Shown: one piece after another, positions 1 through 10,568 of the stretch
Numbering within the stretch: the stretch's first letter is position 1
Layout: each line of letters opens with the position of its first letter
NCBI GenBank assembly: GCA_045586595.1
Contig: JAZNAQ010000026.1
Location: forward strand, 48,200 to 112,199
Source: Eubacteriales bacterium
GTDB taxonomy: Bacteria > Bacillota > Clostridia > Oscillospirales > JAAYXM01
DNA length: 64,000 bases
Reading direction: 5' to 3'
Notes under the pieces: generated by a model
Databases searched by the model: none
What the model saw: only the letters and a program-made list of their open reading frames with translations
Told to the model about the DNA's origin: nothing
Translations under genes and position numbers: made by a program

Positions 1-1
1 T

Positions 2-559
2 TTGGCGTGGGCTTCAAAAGGCTCACGACCGGACAGATGGAATATTATAGCGGCTATTATGTGTATAACGGGTATAGGGCTTATCTCTCTTAAAAGCGAT
101 TTCACAATGGGAAAAGGCGACTTTTACACACTCATCGGAGGTTTTTTCTTTGCGTGCCATATGGTTGCGGTGTCAAAGTTCGTAGGTGAAAAAGACCCTA
201 TAGTGATGACTGTTTTGCAGTTTGCCTCTGCCGGTGTGTGCTTCTGGATAACGAGCTTAATAACAGAAGGTGCGCCGAGAGCGGTTTCGCCGGATGTTTT
301 GTTGTCTATTATTTATTTGTGCTTGTTCTGTACTGCAGCGGCTCTTCTGTTGCAGAATTTCGGGCAGAAGCATACCGCGCCATCTGCGGCAGCGCTTTTA
401 TTAAGCCTTGAATCCGTTTTTGGTACACTCTTTTCAGCACTGCTCGGCAGGGAAGAGTTGACTCTACGAATGGTGTGCGGTTTTATAACGATTTTCCTTT
501 CGATAGTTGTTTCTGAGACAAAGCTTTCGTTTTTAAAGCATAAAACAGGAGTGAAGTAA
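2..559 (+). CDS. DMT/EamA family transporter (5'-truncated by window edge)
   Basis: Multi-TM hydrophobic ORF with EamA-like segments (GDFYTL, QKHTAPSAAALLLSLESVFG). Confidence 0.8.
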   Translation: MAWASKGSRPDRWNIIAAIMCITGIGLISLKSDFTMGKGDFYTLIGGFFFACHMVAVSKFVGEKDPIVMTVLQFASAGVCFWITSLITEGAPRAVSPDVLLSIIYLCLFCTAAALLLQNFGQKHTAPSAAALLLSLESVFGTLFSALLGREELTLRMVCGFITIFLSIVVSETKLSFLKHKTGVK

Positions 560-1099
560 ATGAATGTTATTGAAACAATAGATAACTTTCTTCCGAATGT
601 TTTTCAAGGAATAGCAACCCCCTTCTTAGATACCTTTATGGTTTTTGTAACCAGTCTTGGTGATGGAGGATTGGTCTGGGTTGCTGTGATAATGGCACTT
701 CTTATATCCAAGAAATATCGCAAAGTCGGCATTGCGGCAGCTTTTTCTCTTGCACTTTGCTTTTTTACCGGAAACTATATGATAAAGCCGTTAATCGGCA
801 GAATACGACCGTGCAATTTATATCCTGAGCTTCGTATGATTGTTCCGCCTATGACGGATTTTTCATTTCCGTCTATGCATACGGCGACGGCGTTTTCTGT
901 AGCAACTGTTCTTGCTTTTTATAACAAGAAAATGGGTATACCGGCGATTGTTCTTTCTATACTTATTGCGCTTTCCCGTGTGTATTTGAATTTACACTTT
1001 ACCACCGATATAATTTGCGGGGCAGTGTACGGAGCGGTTATTGCATATGTTGTAGATTTTACTGTTAAAAAGTTGAAATTTGATAGAGCCAACTATTGA
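560..1099 (+). CDS. PAP2 family phosphatase (undecaprenyl-PP phosphatase-like)
   Basis: PAP2 motifs KxxxxRxRP, SFPSMH, SRVYLNLHFTTD; RBS GGAG upstream. Confidence 0.9.
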   Translation: MNVIETIDNFLPNVFQGIATPFLDTFMVFVTSLGDGGLVWVAVIMALLISKKYRKVGIAAAFSLALCFFTGNYMIKPLIGRIRPCNLYPELRMIVPPMTDFSFPSMHTATAFSVATVLAFYNKKMGIPAIVLSILIALSRVYLNLHFTTDIICGAVYGAVIAYVVDFTVKKLKFDRANY

Positions 1100-1157
1100 A
1101 TTTTATGTAGAAACATTATATAATATAAATTAAATAATTATGGTTAGGAGAGTTCAA

Positions 1158-2399
1158 ATGATTAAAGAGAATATCGAATTTCTTAAAGAATATGACTCTG
1201 ACCTTGGCCTTGCTGTTGAGTCTGAATTTAACAGACAGCGCAGCAATATTGAGCTTATTGCGTCAGAAAACTTTGTCAGTCCTGCAGTTCTTGCCGCTGC
1301 GGGAACTGTACTTACAAACAAGTATGCAGAGGGGCTTCCCGGTAAGCGTTATTACGGCGGCTGCGAGTGTGTAGACGTTGTAGAGAGAATTGCACAGGAG
1401 CGGGCTCTCGAGCTTTTTGGTGCAGACCATGTCAATGTTCAGCCGCATAGCGGAGCTTCTGCTAATATGGCTGTCTACTTCTCGCTTGTAAAGCCCGGCG
1501 ATACAGTTATGGGCATGAACCTCAGCGAGGGTGGACACCTCACTCACGGAAGCCCTGTAAACATTTCGGGTTCATACTACAATATTGTTCCTTACGGTGT
1601 TGACCCCGAAACACATCGTATTGATTATGATAAGCTTGAAAAGACAGCAAAAGAATGTCAGCCCAAGATGATTATTGCAGGCGCGTCTGCATATCCGCGT
1701 ATCATAGACTTTGAGCGTTTTTCACACATTGCAAAGTCTGTCGGCGCATACCTGATGGTTGATATGGCTCATATTGCGGGTCTTGTAGCAGCGGGTGTTC
1801 ATCCGAGCCCGGTCCCGTATGCCGATGTTGTTACAACTACAACACATAAAACTCTTCGCGGCCCGCGTGGCGGCATTATCCTCTGTAAGGAAGAGCTTGC
1901 AAAGCAGATTGATAAGGCTGTTTTCCCGGGTACTATGGGCGGCCCGCTTATGCACATTATTGCGGCAAAGGCAGTTTGCTTCGGCGAAGCGTTGAAGCCC
2001 GAGTTTACGGCTTACCAGAAGAAGGTAGTTGCAAATGCTTCAGTTCTTGCAAACGCTCTTCTTCAGTGCGGTTTCGATCTTGTTTCGGGCGGCACTGACA
2101 ACCATCTTATGCTCGTTGATTTGCGCAAGTTCTCTATTACCGGCAAGGAGCTCGAGCATAGACTTGATGAGGTTGGTATTACTCTTAACAAGAACTCAAT
2201 CCCGAATGACCCGGAGAAGCCGTTTGTTACAAGCGGCGTAAGAATAGGTACTCCTGCAGTTACAAGCCGCGGTTTCGGTGAAACCGATATGGCTGAGATT
2301 GCACGCCTTATCCATCTTACAGCAACGGCATTTGAGACGAAGAAGGATTACATACGCGATTGCGTAAAGGCACTCTGCGATAAGTATCCGCTTTACTAA
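1158..2399 (+). CDS. glyA: Serine hydroxymethyltransferase
   Basis: [39 protein letters not shown] motif; ATG 1158 after AGGAG. Confidence 0.98.
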   Translation: MIKENIEFLKEYDSDLGLAVESEFNRQRSNIELIASENFVSPAVLAAAGTVLTNKYAEGLPGKRYYGGCECVDVVERIAQERALELFGADHVNVQPHSGASANMAVYFSLVKPGDTVMGMNLSEGGHLTHGSPVNISGSYYNIVPYGVDPETHRIDYDKLEKTAKECQPKMIIAGASAYPRIIDFERFSHIAKSVGAYLMVDMAHIAGLVAAGVHPSPVPYADVVTTTTHKTLRGPRGGIILCKEELAKQIDKAVFPGTMGGPLMHIIAAKAVCFGEALKPEFTAYQKKVVANASVLANALLQCGFDLVSGGTDNHLMLVDLRKFSITGKELEHRLDEVGITLNKNSIPNDPEKPFVTSGVRIGTPAVTSRGFGETDMAEIARLIHLTATAFETKKDYIRDCVKALCDKYPLY

Positions 2400-2426
2400 T
2401 ATATTAAAATTTATAGGAGGCGCAGT

Positions 2427-3677
2427 ATGTACAGACCGCTTGCGGATAAAATCCGCCCTGATAACATAGATGATGTGTTCGGGCAAAAGCATATTTTGGG
2501 CGAGAATGGCATACTGCGCCGTATTATTTTGACCGGTCAGATTCCTAATATGGTTTTTTATGGGCCGAGCGGTGTAGGCAAGACGACTGTTGCCGGAATA
2601 ATTGCAAAGCATACATCACGCGAGTTTAAAAAGCTCAATGCTACAACAGCCTCCATAAATGACATAAAAGAAATTGTTGCCGGTCTTGACACTCTTCTTA
2701 CGCCAAACGGCGTTCTGCTTTATATAGATGAAATTCAGTATTTTAATAAAAAGCAGCAGCAATCGCTTTTGGAGTTTATGGAAAACGGAAAGCTTACAAT
2801 TATAGCTTCAACTACAGAAAACCCTTACTTTTATGTATACAGCGCAATTCTGTCGCGCGCCACCGTGTTTGAGTTTAAGACTGTCGAGCCGGACGATGTA
2901 CGTCTTGCGATTTGCCGTGCAGTAAAAAAACTTGACGATGAGGCTGTGTTTGAAGACGGTGTTACAGAGCATATTTCAAACGCTTGTGGCGGCGATATCA
3001 GAAAAGCGCTTAACGCAGTAGAACTTCTGTTTGACAGTGCAGCCCGCCGCGAGGGAAAGGCGTATATAACATTAGAGGATGCAAAAACTGTCACACAACG
3101 AAGTGCAATGCGTGCCGACAGAGACGGCGACAGTCACTACGATATAATGTCAGCACTTCAAAAATCCATCCGTGGTTCTGACCCCGATGCGGCGATTTAT
3201 TATCTTGCCCGTTTGCTTGAGGCCGGTGATATGCTCTCGGCGTGCAGGCGGCTTCTTGTAATTGCAAGTGAAGATGTCGGGCTTGCGTATCCGCAGGCGG
3301 TAGCGATAACTAAATCGTGTGTTGACAGTGCTTTGCAGCTTGGCATGCCGGAAGCTCGTATACCTCTTGCTGAAGCGGCAATACTTCTTGCTACATCACC
3401 CAAATCAAACTCTGCAATATGCGCGATTGATGCGGCAATCTCTGATATAAGAAATGGTTTGGGCGGAGAAGTGCCTGACCATCTGCGCGACTCACATTAT
3501 TCCGGTGCGTCTAAACTCGGCAGGGGCATTACATACAAATATCCTCATTCCTATAAAAATCATTGGGTTAAACAACAATATTTACCCGATGAGGTAAAGA
3601 ACAGTAAATATTATGAATTTGGTGATAATAAGGTAGAATCTGCAACAGAAAAATACTGGAAAGAGATTAAAGGATGA
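2427..3677 (+). CDS. rarA: Replication-associated recombination AAA+ ATPase RarA/MgsA
   Basis: PLADKIRP, Walker A GPSGVGKTT, SALQKSIRGSDPDA, SEDVGLA. Confidence 0.95.
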   Translation: MYRPLADKIRPDNIDDVFGQKHILGENGILRRIILTGQIPNMVFYGPSGVGKTTVAGIIAKHTSREFKKLNATTASINDIKEIVAGLDTLLTPNGVLLYIDEIQYFNKKQQQSLLEFMENGKLTIIASTTENPYFYVYSAILSRATVFEFKTVEPDDVRLAICRAVKKLDDEAVFEDGVTEHISNACGGDIRKALNAVELLFDSAARREGKAYITLEDAKTVTQRSAMRADRDGDSHYDIMSALQKSIRGSDPDAAIYYLARLLEAGDMLSACRRLLVIASEDVGLAYPQAVAITKSCVDSALQLGMPEARIPLAEAAILLATSPKSNSAICAIDAAISDIRNGLGGEVPDHLRDSHYSGASKLGRGITYKYPHSYKNHWVKQQYLPDEVKNSKYYEFGDNKVESATEKYWKEIKG

Positions 3678-3679
3678 TT

Positions 3680-3713
3680 AATTCCGCAGACAGGGGATGT
3701 CTGCGGAATTTTT
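3680..3713 (+). terminator. Rho-independent terminator after rarA
   Basis: 13-bp stem AATTCCGCAGACA/TGTCTGCGGAATT followed by Ts. Confidence 0.85.
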
Positions 3714-3741
3714 AAGAGATATCGTTATAATTGAGCATATG

Positions 3742-3769
3742 AAAACCTCCGCCGTACGGCGGAGGTTTT
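3742..3769 (-). terminator. Terminator after sigF
   Basis: Perfect palindrome AAAACCTCCGCCGT/ACGGCGGAGGTTTT abutting the sigF stop. Confidence 0.85.
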
Positions 3770-4470
3770 TACATTTTCTCGCGCAGGTGTTTTAGGGCAA
3801 TACGTTCTATGCGCGATACCTGAACTTGAGAAATCCCCATTATTTTTGAGGTTTGGTCTTGGGTCATGCATTTGAAAAATCGTAGCATAATAACGATTCT
3901 TTCGCGTTGTGGGAGGTTTTCTATTGCCTGTGAAAGCGAAATGTACTCAAGTGTATTATCTTCAATTCCGCGGTTGCCGAGGAGTTCTTCAAGTGTTTGT
4001 CCATCGTCGTTTATTTCGCGGTTTAATGAGTCAGTGTATGAGGTTGCACATTCTGCTTGTGCAATTTCTTCGGGTGTCAATTCTGTCTCGCGAGCGATTT
4101 CTGAAAGGGTGGGTTCGCGTCCGAGTTGCATATAGAGCTGCTGGGAGGCGTGACGGATTTTTGTAGCCTGCTCTTTAAGCGTTCTGCTGACTTTTATGGC
4201 GCCGTCATCCCGCAGAAATCTCCGTATCTCACCTGATATTTTCGGAACTGCATATGTTGAGAATTGATTTCCGAGCGACTCGTCAAAGCCCCTGACGGCC
4301 TTTATCAGCCCCAAACATCCGAGTTGATATAAATCATCAGAATCTGTTCCTCGGCCGAGAAAACGCCTTACAATGCTCCATATTAAAGGTGAATTGTCTT
4401 TTATGATTTTTTCAAAAGCATCCTCGCTGCCGTTTTTAGCTGCACGAATGAGCTCAACAGTTTCTGTCAC
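3769..4470 (-). CDS. sigF: Forespore sigma factor SigF
   Basis: DDLYQLGCLGLIKA, FSTYAVPKISGEIRRFLRDDG, ISQVQVSR; third gene of spoIIA operon. Confidence 0.93.
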   Translation of the reverse strand: MTETVELIRAAKNGSEDAFEKIIKDNSPLIWSIVRRFLGRGTDSDDLYQLGCLGLIKAVRGFDESLGNQFSTYAVPKISGEIRRFLRDDGAIKVSRTLKEQATKIRHASQQLYMQLGREPTLSEIARETELTPEEIAQAECATSYTDSLNREINDDGQTLEELLGNRGIEDNTLEYISLSQAIENLPQRERIVIMLRFFKCMTQDQTSKIMGISQVQVSRIERIALKHLREKM

Positions 4471-4912
4471 GGGAAATACCTCCGACGCGCATTGAAATTC
4501 GCTTTCTCATCGTCACGGTTGTTCCTCTTCCTGTTTTTGAACGTATTTTAAGAGTGTCGGTAAAGCTTTCCATTATAGTAAATCCCATGCCTGAGCGGTC
4601 ATCTCCGCCGGTTGTAAACATTGGCGTTTTTGCCTTTTCAACATCAGGAATACCAAGTCCGCGGTCGCGGACAACAATTTCAAGAGTGTTGCCGTCAAAA
4701 ATCCGTAGTCTTATGTAAATCTTTCCGACACAATCCGGATATGCGTGCACTATACAGTTTGTAACCGCTTCGCTAACGGCTGTTTTAATATCGCCGATTT
4801 CTTCAAGGGTTGGGTCAAGCTGTGCCGCAAAAGCGGAGACTGCAGCTCTGGCATAACCTTCATTTGCAGAACGGCTGGGAAAGGTGATTGACACTTCATT
4901 TGTAATATTCAT
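4454..4912 (-). CDS. spoIIAB: Anti-sigma F factor kinase
   Basis: NEGYAR, DIKTAVSEAVTNCIVHAY, RSGMGFTIMESF. Confidence 0.96.
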   Translation of the reverse strand: MNITNEVSITFPSRSANEGYARAAVSAFAAQLDPTLEEIGDIKTAVSEAVTNCIVHAYPDCVGKIYIRLRIFDGNTLEIVVRDRGLGIPDVEKAKTPMFTTGGDDRSGMGFTIMESFTDTLKIRSKTGRGTTVTMRKRISMRVGGISRDRNC

Positions 4913-4926
4913 ATATGCTCTCCTTA

Positions 4927-5259
4927 TCAGTTATTTACAAGCAAATTTTCGCGCTCAGATATGTTTACTATCTTGCATATACCTGCTGCATTAAAGACCT
5001 TATATGCCTGCTTGGATGTATTTATGACAGAAAAAACACTGCCTATGGAGTTTGAGCGTTTATATGCCCCTATTACAAGAGCTATGCCGGAGCTGTCCAT
5101 GAAGCTGACATATTCAAAGTCAAGAATAATTTTTGTCGGAAGTTCTATGTCTATTAGTTTTGATATTTGCGGAATGGCATTTCTTGCAGCATGATGGTCA
5201 AGCTCTCCCGACAGAATGATTGTAAGCTCGCCACCGTCGCGTCTTGCTGTGATTTTCAT
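4927..5259 (-). CDS. spoIIAA: Anti-sigma F antagonist (STAS domain)
   Basis: LSGELDHH and FMDSSGI motifs; ATG 5259 after AAAGGA. Confidence 0.95.
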   Translation of the reverse strand: MKITARRDGGELTIILSGELDHHAARNAIPQISKLIDIELPTKIILDFEYVSFMDSSGIALVIGAYKRSNSIGSVFSVINTSKQAYKVFNAAGICKIVNISERENLLVNN

Positions 5260-5453
5260 TTTACACGTCCTTTCTTTTATACTATAAAAAAATAATACAC
5301 GCATATTCGTGCGATAAATGTAAAAACATGGAATATAATTGTAATTAAAATATATTTTTAAATTTTGCTAAGAATATATGTTGGAAATGTAAATTGTTGA
5401 ATATATTAAGTTCGTGTGGTATTATATAATATATCTAAGAAAGGGGTGCTTTT

Positions 5454-5987
5454 TTGAATATATGGCATGACATTTCTCCCGAAAGAATAAACTCCAACGA
5501 CTTTGTGGCGGTAATCGAAATAGAGCAGGGCAGTAAGAAAAAATACGAGCTGGATAAAGAAACAGGGCTTCTTGTGCTCGACAGAGTTTTGTATACATCT
5601 ACCCATTATCCGTCCAACTACGGTTTTATACCGCGTACTTATGCAGAAGATGATGACCCGCTTGATGTGCTTGTTTTATGCAGCGAGGCTATTGAGCCTC
5701 TTGTGCTTGTAAGGTGTTTTCCAATAGGTGTAATAACCATGGTAGATAATTTGCGAAACGACGAAAAAATAATTGCTATTCCGTTTGGGGACCCTATGTA
5801 CAGCGGTTATAGCGATATAGGCCAGCTCCCACAGCATATTTTTAATGAGATGAAGCACTTTTTCACAGTATATAAAGCTCTTGAAGGCATGGAAACCGCC
5901 GTTGAGAGAATAGATGACAGAAAAATGGCAGTTTCGATAATAGAAGCAGCAATGAAAAGATATAATAAAAACTTCGGTGAAAAGTAA
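5454..5987 (+). CDS. ppa: Family I inorganic pyrophosphatase
   Basis: KYELDK, LDRVL, YPSNYGFIPRT, DDDPLDVLV; TTG start. Confidence 0.95.
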   Translation: MNIWHDISPERINSNDFVAVIEIEQGSKKKYELDKETGLLVLDRVLYTSTHYPSNYGFIPRTYAEDDDPLDVLVLCSEAIEPLVLVRCFPIGVITMVDNLRNDEKIIAIPFGDPMYSGYSDIGQLPQHIFNEMKHFFTVYKALEGMETAVERIDDRKMAVSIIEAAMKRYNKNFGEK

Positions 5988-6004
5988 ATTTCACCGAAGT
6001 TTTT
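5967..6004. terminator. Bidirectional terminator between ppa and htrA
   Basis: AAAAACTTCGGTGAAA/TTTCACCGAAGTTTTT inverted repeat between convergent genes. Confidence 0.85.
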
Positions 6005-6029
6005 AATTGTATTATATATATAGTATATT

Positions 6030-7412
6030 TTAGCTTGCCTGGGAATTTGAGTTTGACAGTGTGGCTTCATCCATAAGGATGACGTTTATATCGACCTCTT
6101 CAGCGTTACGGTATATTGTAAGTGTTACTGTATCTCCCGCCGTGAAGTTGTCACGAATTTTTTTGATTTCTGCAGCAGAAGAAAGCTCAGTGCCGTTCAT
6201 TTTTGTGATAATGTCACCGCGTCTTATTCCTTTTTTGTATGCATCAGAATATGGGTGTACATACTCAATATACATACCTGCAGGAAGTCCGTAGAAAGCC
6301 GAATCACGCGCGCTCAGTGTTGTTCCGCTGATTCCTATTGAGGGGCGGCCTTTTATATAACCGCGTGAAATCAGTTCATCAATTATGGGTTTGGCCGTAT
6401 TCATCGGTATGGCAAAACCAAGGCCTTCGTAGTAAGAGATGCCGACTTTTATTGTGTTAATGCCGATTACCTGGCCAAATTCATTTACAAGCGGTCCGCC
6501 GGAGTTTCCCGGGTTAATAGACGCGTCTGTCTGAATGAGGGTCATTGACCTGTCTTCTACGATAATGTCGCGGTTTATTGCGGAAATAATTCCTGAAGTA
6601 ACAGTGTTCTGAAGCTGAAGGCCTGCGGGATTGCCGATGGCGATTGCAGGGTCACCTTGCTCTAACTTGTCAGAATCTCCGAATTCAGCAGCCTTAAGGC
6701 CTGTTGCGTTGATTTTTATGACTGCGAGGTCAGAGCGGGAGTCAGAGCCAATAAGGCGGGCGTTATAGGTCTCGCCGCTATCAAGAACAACCTGTATCAT
6801 GGTCATTCCCTCAATTACATGGTTGTTTGTGATGATGTAACCGTCTTCGGACATTATTATGCCTGAGCCAACTGAGGCTGAGGAGAAATTTGAAGTGCTC
6901 TGACAGGTAACACCGACAACAGATTCTCTGACTTTCTCTGAAACCTGTTTTACTGTAAGTGCGCCTTCAGTTGTTTTTGCACCTTCGGATTTTGGAGAAT
7001 CCGAAATTTGTAAATGTTCCTCAATCTCGTCGTCATCAATGATTTCTTCAATAATATTATGACCCGTTGAAAAAGGGGAGTCTGAATGTGAAAAATTTAA
7101 GAATGTAACGATAAGTGTTGCGGATATTATAAGATACAATGCGCCGATTACGCATATAAGTACGATGACCCAGGTTGGGGTTTTACGCGGCTTGAATTTC
7201 ATGTTGATTGAGCCGTAACTTGATGGATTATAATTGCTTTCATGCTTTGGAGCGGAAGTCTGCTCAGAATTGTCGTCAGAGCTGTTCTGCGTTGACTCTG
7301 TAGCATAATTGTCTTCCGAGGTGCTGTTCTCCTCCGGTTTTGTAACACAATCATCTTCGGGCGTGGGAGTTGTGTTCTCGTTTTCTTGGTTGTTATAGAG
7401 TTCATCATTCAT
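6030..7412 (-). CDS. htrA: HtrA/DegP membrane serine protease with PDZ domain
   Basis: TNNHVI, DLAVIK, INPGNSGGPL; acidic N-terminus plus one TM; ATG 7412 after GAGGAGG. Confidence 0.93.
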   Translation of the reverse strand: MNDELYNNQENENTTPTPEDDCVTKPEENSTSEDNYATESTQNSSDDNSEQTSAPKHESNYNPSSYGSINMKFKPRKTPTWVIVLICVIGALYLIISATLIVTFLNFSHSDSPFSTGHNIIEEIIDDDEIEEHLQISDSPKSEGAKTTEGALTVKQVSEKVRESVVGVTCQSTSNFSSASVGSGIIMSEDGYIITNNHVIEGMTMIQVVLDSGETYNARLIGSDSRSDLAVIKINATGLKAAEFGDSDKLEQGDPAIAIGNPAGLQLQNTVTSGIISAINRDIIVEDRSMTLIQTDASINPGNSGGPLVNEFGQVIGINTIKVGISYYEGLGFAIPMNTAKPIIDELISRGYIKGRPSIGISGTTLSARDSAFYGLPAGMYIEYVHPYSDAYKKGIRRGDIITKMNGTELSSAAEIKKIRDNFTAGDTVTLTIYRNAEEVDINVILMDEATLSNSNSQAS

Positions 7413-7503
7413 TTTGGGATTCCTCCTCATTTATATAGATTAGTCTAGCAAAAAATATATAAAATATTATGAAGTAATTGTAAAGTGTTTATTAATTCGA
7501 CGG

Positions 7504-8916
7504 TTATCGACGTGTTGAAAGCGCAAAGGAAAACTCTGTAAAGCCATTTTCACTTACAGCCCAAATTTTACCCTTGTGATGATTGATTATGGTTTTTGCA
7601 ATGTATAGCCCGAGCCCAAGCCCGCTCTTATCTTTCGAGCGCGAGCTGTCAGCTTTATGGAAGCGGTCAAACACATTTTTTAGCTGTTCTTTGGGTATCT
7701 CAACACCATAGTTTCTGACGGAGAAGGTGAGTTTATCTGCTCGTTCAAATGCTTTTATATCTACCGCACCGCCGTCTTGTGAGAATTTTATTGCATTGTC
7801 AATTAAATTATATACCACTTGGTGAATTGCATCCTCATTTGCAAATATATTTACGGACTGAGAAGGAATTTCAATATTAAGTGAAATTCTTCGCTCATCT
7901 ACACGCTGTTCAAAGCTTATCGCAGCGCGGCGCAATAGCTCGCAAAAATCAAAATATGTGCTTTGAGCTGCTATATCCGTGCTTTGCAAAACCGTTATAT
8001 CGAGCATACGGCTTACAAGCCGCGATAGACGGTGAATCTCGTCTGAAACTATCTGCAGATAATGTTCTTCACTCTCTTTCGGGATAGTTCCGTCCAGAAT
8101 TCCGTCAACAAATCCGCTTATTGACGTCATCGGTGAGCGCAGCTCGTGTGATACGTTAGCGACAAATGTCCTTCGCAAATCTTCGGATTTTTCCAGTGAG
8201 TCCGCCATATTATTAAAAGCAGTTGTAAGCTCGCCTATTTCGTCTGAAGACTGAACGGGCACTCGGGTAGAAAAATCTCCGTGTGCAAATTTTTTTGAGG
8301 CATTTGCAATTTGCTTTAACGGGTCCGTCATACGCCTTACAATAAAGTACGATGCAAACGCCGCTAATATGAATACAACCATAGCAAGCAAGAAGAAAAG
8401 ATTTCTTACATAGTTCATAAGTACCTGCACATTGTGTATTGAGGTTGTTACATATACATATGCAATAGGCTCGCCAAAATCGTTTCTTGAAACAAGACCT
8501 ATTGTGTAGTTCTCTCCTTTATAAAGGCCGTCAAGAGTGCCTATTGCGGAGTATTTTTGCGAGTTTAAGGTCTTGTTGAGTATGTTACTGCTGATGCGCG
8601 AATTCATATATTTATTTCCGTAGTTGTCAGAGGTGAGGAAGATTTGGCCGTTAGGGTCGCAAATAATAACGTGGATTTGTCCGTCGTTTGTCATTGTTGT
8701 TATAATTGTTTTGAGCATTTGCTCGTGCGCAACCGTATGATTATAGTACAAATCCTCTGTTAATGCAGACACACGTTTTGCTGCACGTTCAAGAGAATCA
8801 TGCTTTTCTGCAACAGAGTAATTGTACATTTGAAAAGACATCCCTATACCAACTACAAAAAGACATGTTACCAAGGGTATGGCAATCATCAGATAATATT
8901 TATAGAGTAGTTTCAC
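7504..8916 (-). CDS. HAMP sensor histidine kinase
   Basis: Two TMs, HAMP (DEIGELTTAFNNM), H-box VSHELRSPMT, NLIDNAIKF, GLGLGLYI. Confidence 0.95.
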   Translation of the reverse strand: MKLLYKYYLMIAIPLVTCLFVVGIGMSFQMYNYSVAEKHDSLERAAKRVSALTEDLYYNHTVAHEQMLKTIITTMTNDGQIHVIICDPNGQIFLTSDNYGNKYMNSRISSNILNKTLNSQKYSAIGTLDGLYKGENYTIGLVSRNDFGEPIAYVYVTTSIHNVQVLMNYVRNLFFLLAMVVFILAAFASYFIVRRMTDPLKQIANASKKFAHGDFSTRVPVQSSDEIGELTTAFNNMADSLEKSEDLRRTFVANVSHELRSPMTSISGFVDGILDGTIPKESEEHYLQIVSDEIHRLSRLVSRMLDITVLQSTDIAAQSTYFDFCELLRRAAISFEQRVDERRISLNIEIPSQSVNIFANEDAIHQVVYNLIDNAIKFSQDGGAVDIKAFERADKLTFSVRNYGVEIPKEQLKNVFDRFHKADSSRSKDKSGLGLGLYIAKTIINHHKGKIWAVSENGFTEFSFALSTRR

Positions 8917-8926
8917 GCAAACACCC

Positions 8927-9625
8927 TCATTCGTTGTTTGTCAGTTCAAATTTATATCCGACACCCCAAACAGTTTTGAGCGACCATTTATCGCTTGCAC
9001 CGTCAATTTTCTCGCGTAGTCGCTTTACGTGAACATCTACTGTTCGTGAATCACCGAAATATTCAAAGCCCCAGACGTCATCGAGAAGCTGGTTTCTGGT
9101 AAATACCCGGTTTGGGTGGGATGCGAGGTAGTTGAGTAGCTCTAGCTCTTTTGGCGGCATATCAACCTTTTTGCCGCGTATAAGAACCTCATATGCCGAC
9201 ATGTTTATAACAAGATTGTCAAAGTTTTTCACATCAATGCCTGAAGGATCGCCTTCGGGGGAGTCAAACCGCCTGAGTACCGCGCGGATTCTCGCTATAA
9301 CCTCTTTCATGTCAAATGGTTTTGAAATATAATCATCAGCGCCTAGTTCGAGGCCGGTAACCTTGTCTATGGTTTCGTCTTTTGCGGTAAGCATAATTAT
9401 GGGGGTCTTATATGTTTTGCGTATTTCGCGACATACGTCCCAACCATCCATCTCGGGGAGCATTATATCAAGAAGCACAATGCTTGGATGAATTTTAAAG
9501 AACATGTCAACACCCGATTTACCGTCAGATGTGATTGTTACCTCAAATCCATCTTTTTCAAGATATAGCCGTATAAGCTCGGCAATGTTAGGGTCATCTT
9601 CTATTATCAGCACATGTGTTGGCAT
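8927..9625 (-). CDS. OmpR/PhoB family response regulator
   Basis: IIEDD, LLDIMLP, GADDYISKPF, RTVDVHVKRLREK, TVWGVGY. Confidence 0.96.
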   Translation of the reverse strand: MPTHVLIIEDDPNIAELIRLYLEKDGFEVTITSDGKSGVDMFFKIHPSIVLLDIMLPEMDGWDVCREIRKTYKTPIIMLTAKDETIDKVTGLELGADDYISKPFDMKEVIARIRAVLRRFDSPEGDPSGIDVKNFDNLVINMSAYEVLIRGKKVDMPPKELELLNYLASHPNRVFTRNQLLDDVWGFEYFGDSRTVDVHVKRLREKIDGASDKWSLKTVWGVGYKFELTNNE

Positions 9626-9710
9626 GGTTATCCCTCCTTGTTAACAATTATATTATACACTATAAAACAAGTAAATAGTGAATAATTTGTAAATCGTTAG
9701 AATATTTTTC

Positions 9711-9738
9711 TTGAACTTTTTTGTATATATGGTATAAT
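9711..9738 (+). promoter_or_regulatory. SigA promoter for FMN riboswitch-ribU
   Basis: TTGAAC-16-TATAAT with TG extension directly before the aptamer. Confidence 0.7.
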
Positions 9739-9746
9739 AATTTAAA

Positions 9747-9882
9747 AGTTCTTCGGGGCGGGGTGAGAGTCCCCACCGGCGGTAAAGCAGATTTGATTTC
9801 TGATGAGCCCGCGAGCCGCAAATTGAGGTTGAATTCGGTTGATATTCCGATGCCGACGGTATAGTCCGGATGTTAGAAGAAA
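9747..9882 (+). promoter_or_regulatory. FMN riboswitch (RFN element)
   Basis: CTTCGGGGCGGGGTGAGAGTCCCCACCGGCGGTAA, AGCCCGCGAGC, ATTCCGATGCCGACGGTATAGTCCGGATG..GAAGAA match the RFN consensus; upstream of an ECF S-component. Confidence 0.95.
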
Positions 9883-9909
9883 CAGATAAAATGTATGTAT
9901 TTTTATCAG

Positions 9910-9945
9910 CTCCGAATTGCCTGTTGGCACTTCGGAGTATTTTTT
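9910..9945 (+). terminator. Riboswitch expression-platform terminator
   Basis: CTCCGAA-TTGCC..GGCA-C-TTCGGAG stem plus TATTTTTT just before the ribU RBS. Confidence 0.7.
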
Positions 9946-9957
9946 AGGAGGAAGAGC

Positions 9958-10497
9958 ATGAGTATAAAGAAAATAGTATCGCTTGGCATGCTTGCCGCAA
10001 TTTCTATAGTTGGGGTAATGCTTATAAGGTTTTCGATATTCCCGCAGGTGGCTTTTCTCGAATATGACCCTGCAGATATTCCAATATTTATTGCAACATT
10101 CGCTTTTGGCACCGTTCCGGGGCTTGTCTTAACAGTGGCAGTATCGTTTATACAAGGCATAACTGTCAGTGCGGGGAGCGGCGGCCTTATAGGTATAGTT
10201 ATGCATATACTTGCGACGGGCAGTTTTGTTGTAGTTGCCGGGACTATTTATTCTCGTAAAAAAACTCGGAAAAGTGCATATGTTTCACTGCTTGCAGGGG
10301 TGCTCGTTATGACGATTACAATGACTTTGTGGAACTTACTTATAACCCCGATTCATATGGGAATGCCTCATGCGGCAATACTTCCGTTTATGCCGTTTAT
10401 TATAGCTTTTAACGTCATCAAGGCTGGCATAAATGCGCTTGTAACAGCTCTTATTTATAAAAAGGTACATAAGCAGCTTGATAGGTTTATTAAATAA
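9958..10497 (+). CDS. ribU: ECF transporter S component, riboflavin (RibU-like)
   Basis: FLEYDPADIPIFI, PFIIAFNVIK; hydrophobic; under FMN riboswitch; ATG after AGGAGG. Confidence 0.85.
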   Translation: MSIKKIVSLGMLAAISIVGVMLIRFSIFPQVAFLEYDPADIPIFIATFAFGTVPGLVLTVAVSFIQGITVSAGSGGLIGIVMHILATGSFVVVAGTIYSRKKTRKSAYVSLLAGVLVMTITMTLWNLLITPIHMGMPHAAILPFMPFIIAFNVIKAGINALVTALIYKKVHKQLDRFIK

Positions 10498-10568
10498 TTA
10501 TATCACAGATGTAATCAGGTTTTGACACAAGCACAAAACACCCCTTGACTATGAAAAGAGATGAATAA

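Noticed and set aside
9742-9957. ORF 9742-9930 (-) and the upstream extension of ribU to 9895
   Set aside because: They overlap the FMN riboswitch and its terminator; the real start is 9958 after AGGAGG.
10518-10560. Possible extra junction motif upstream of MATE (TTGACACAAG; CCTTGACTATGAA)
   Set aside because: Only partly similar and lacking the G-YYYYY-AAC part; could be an ordinary -35 box.
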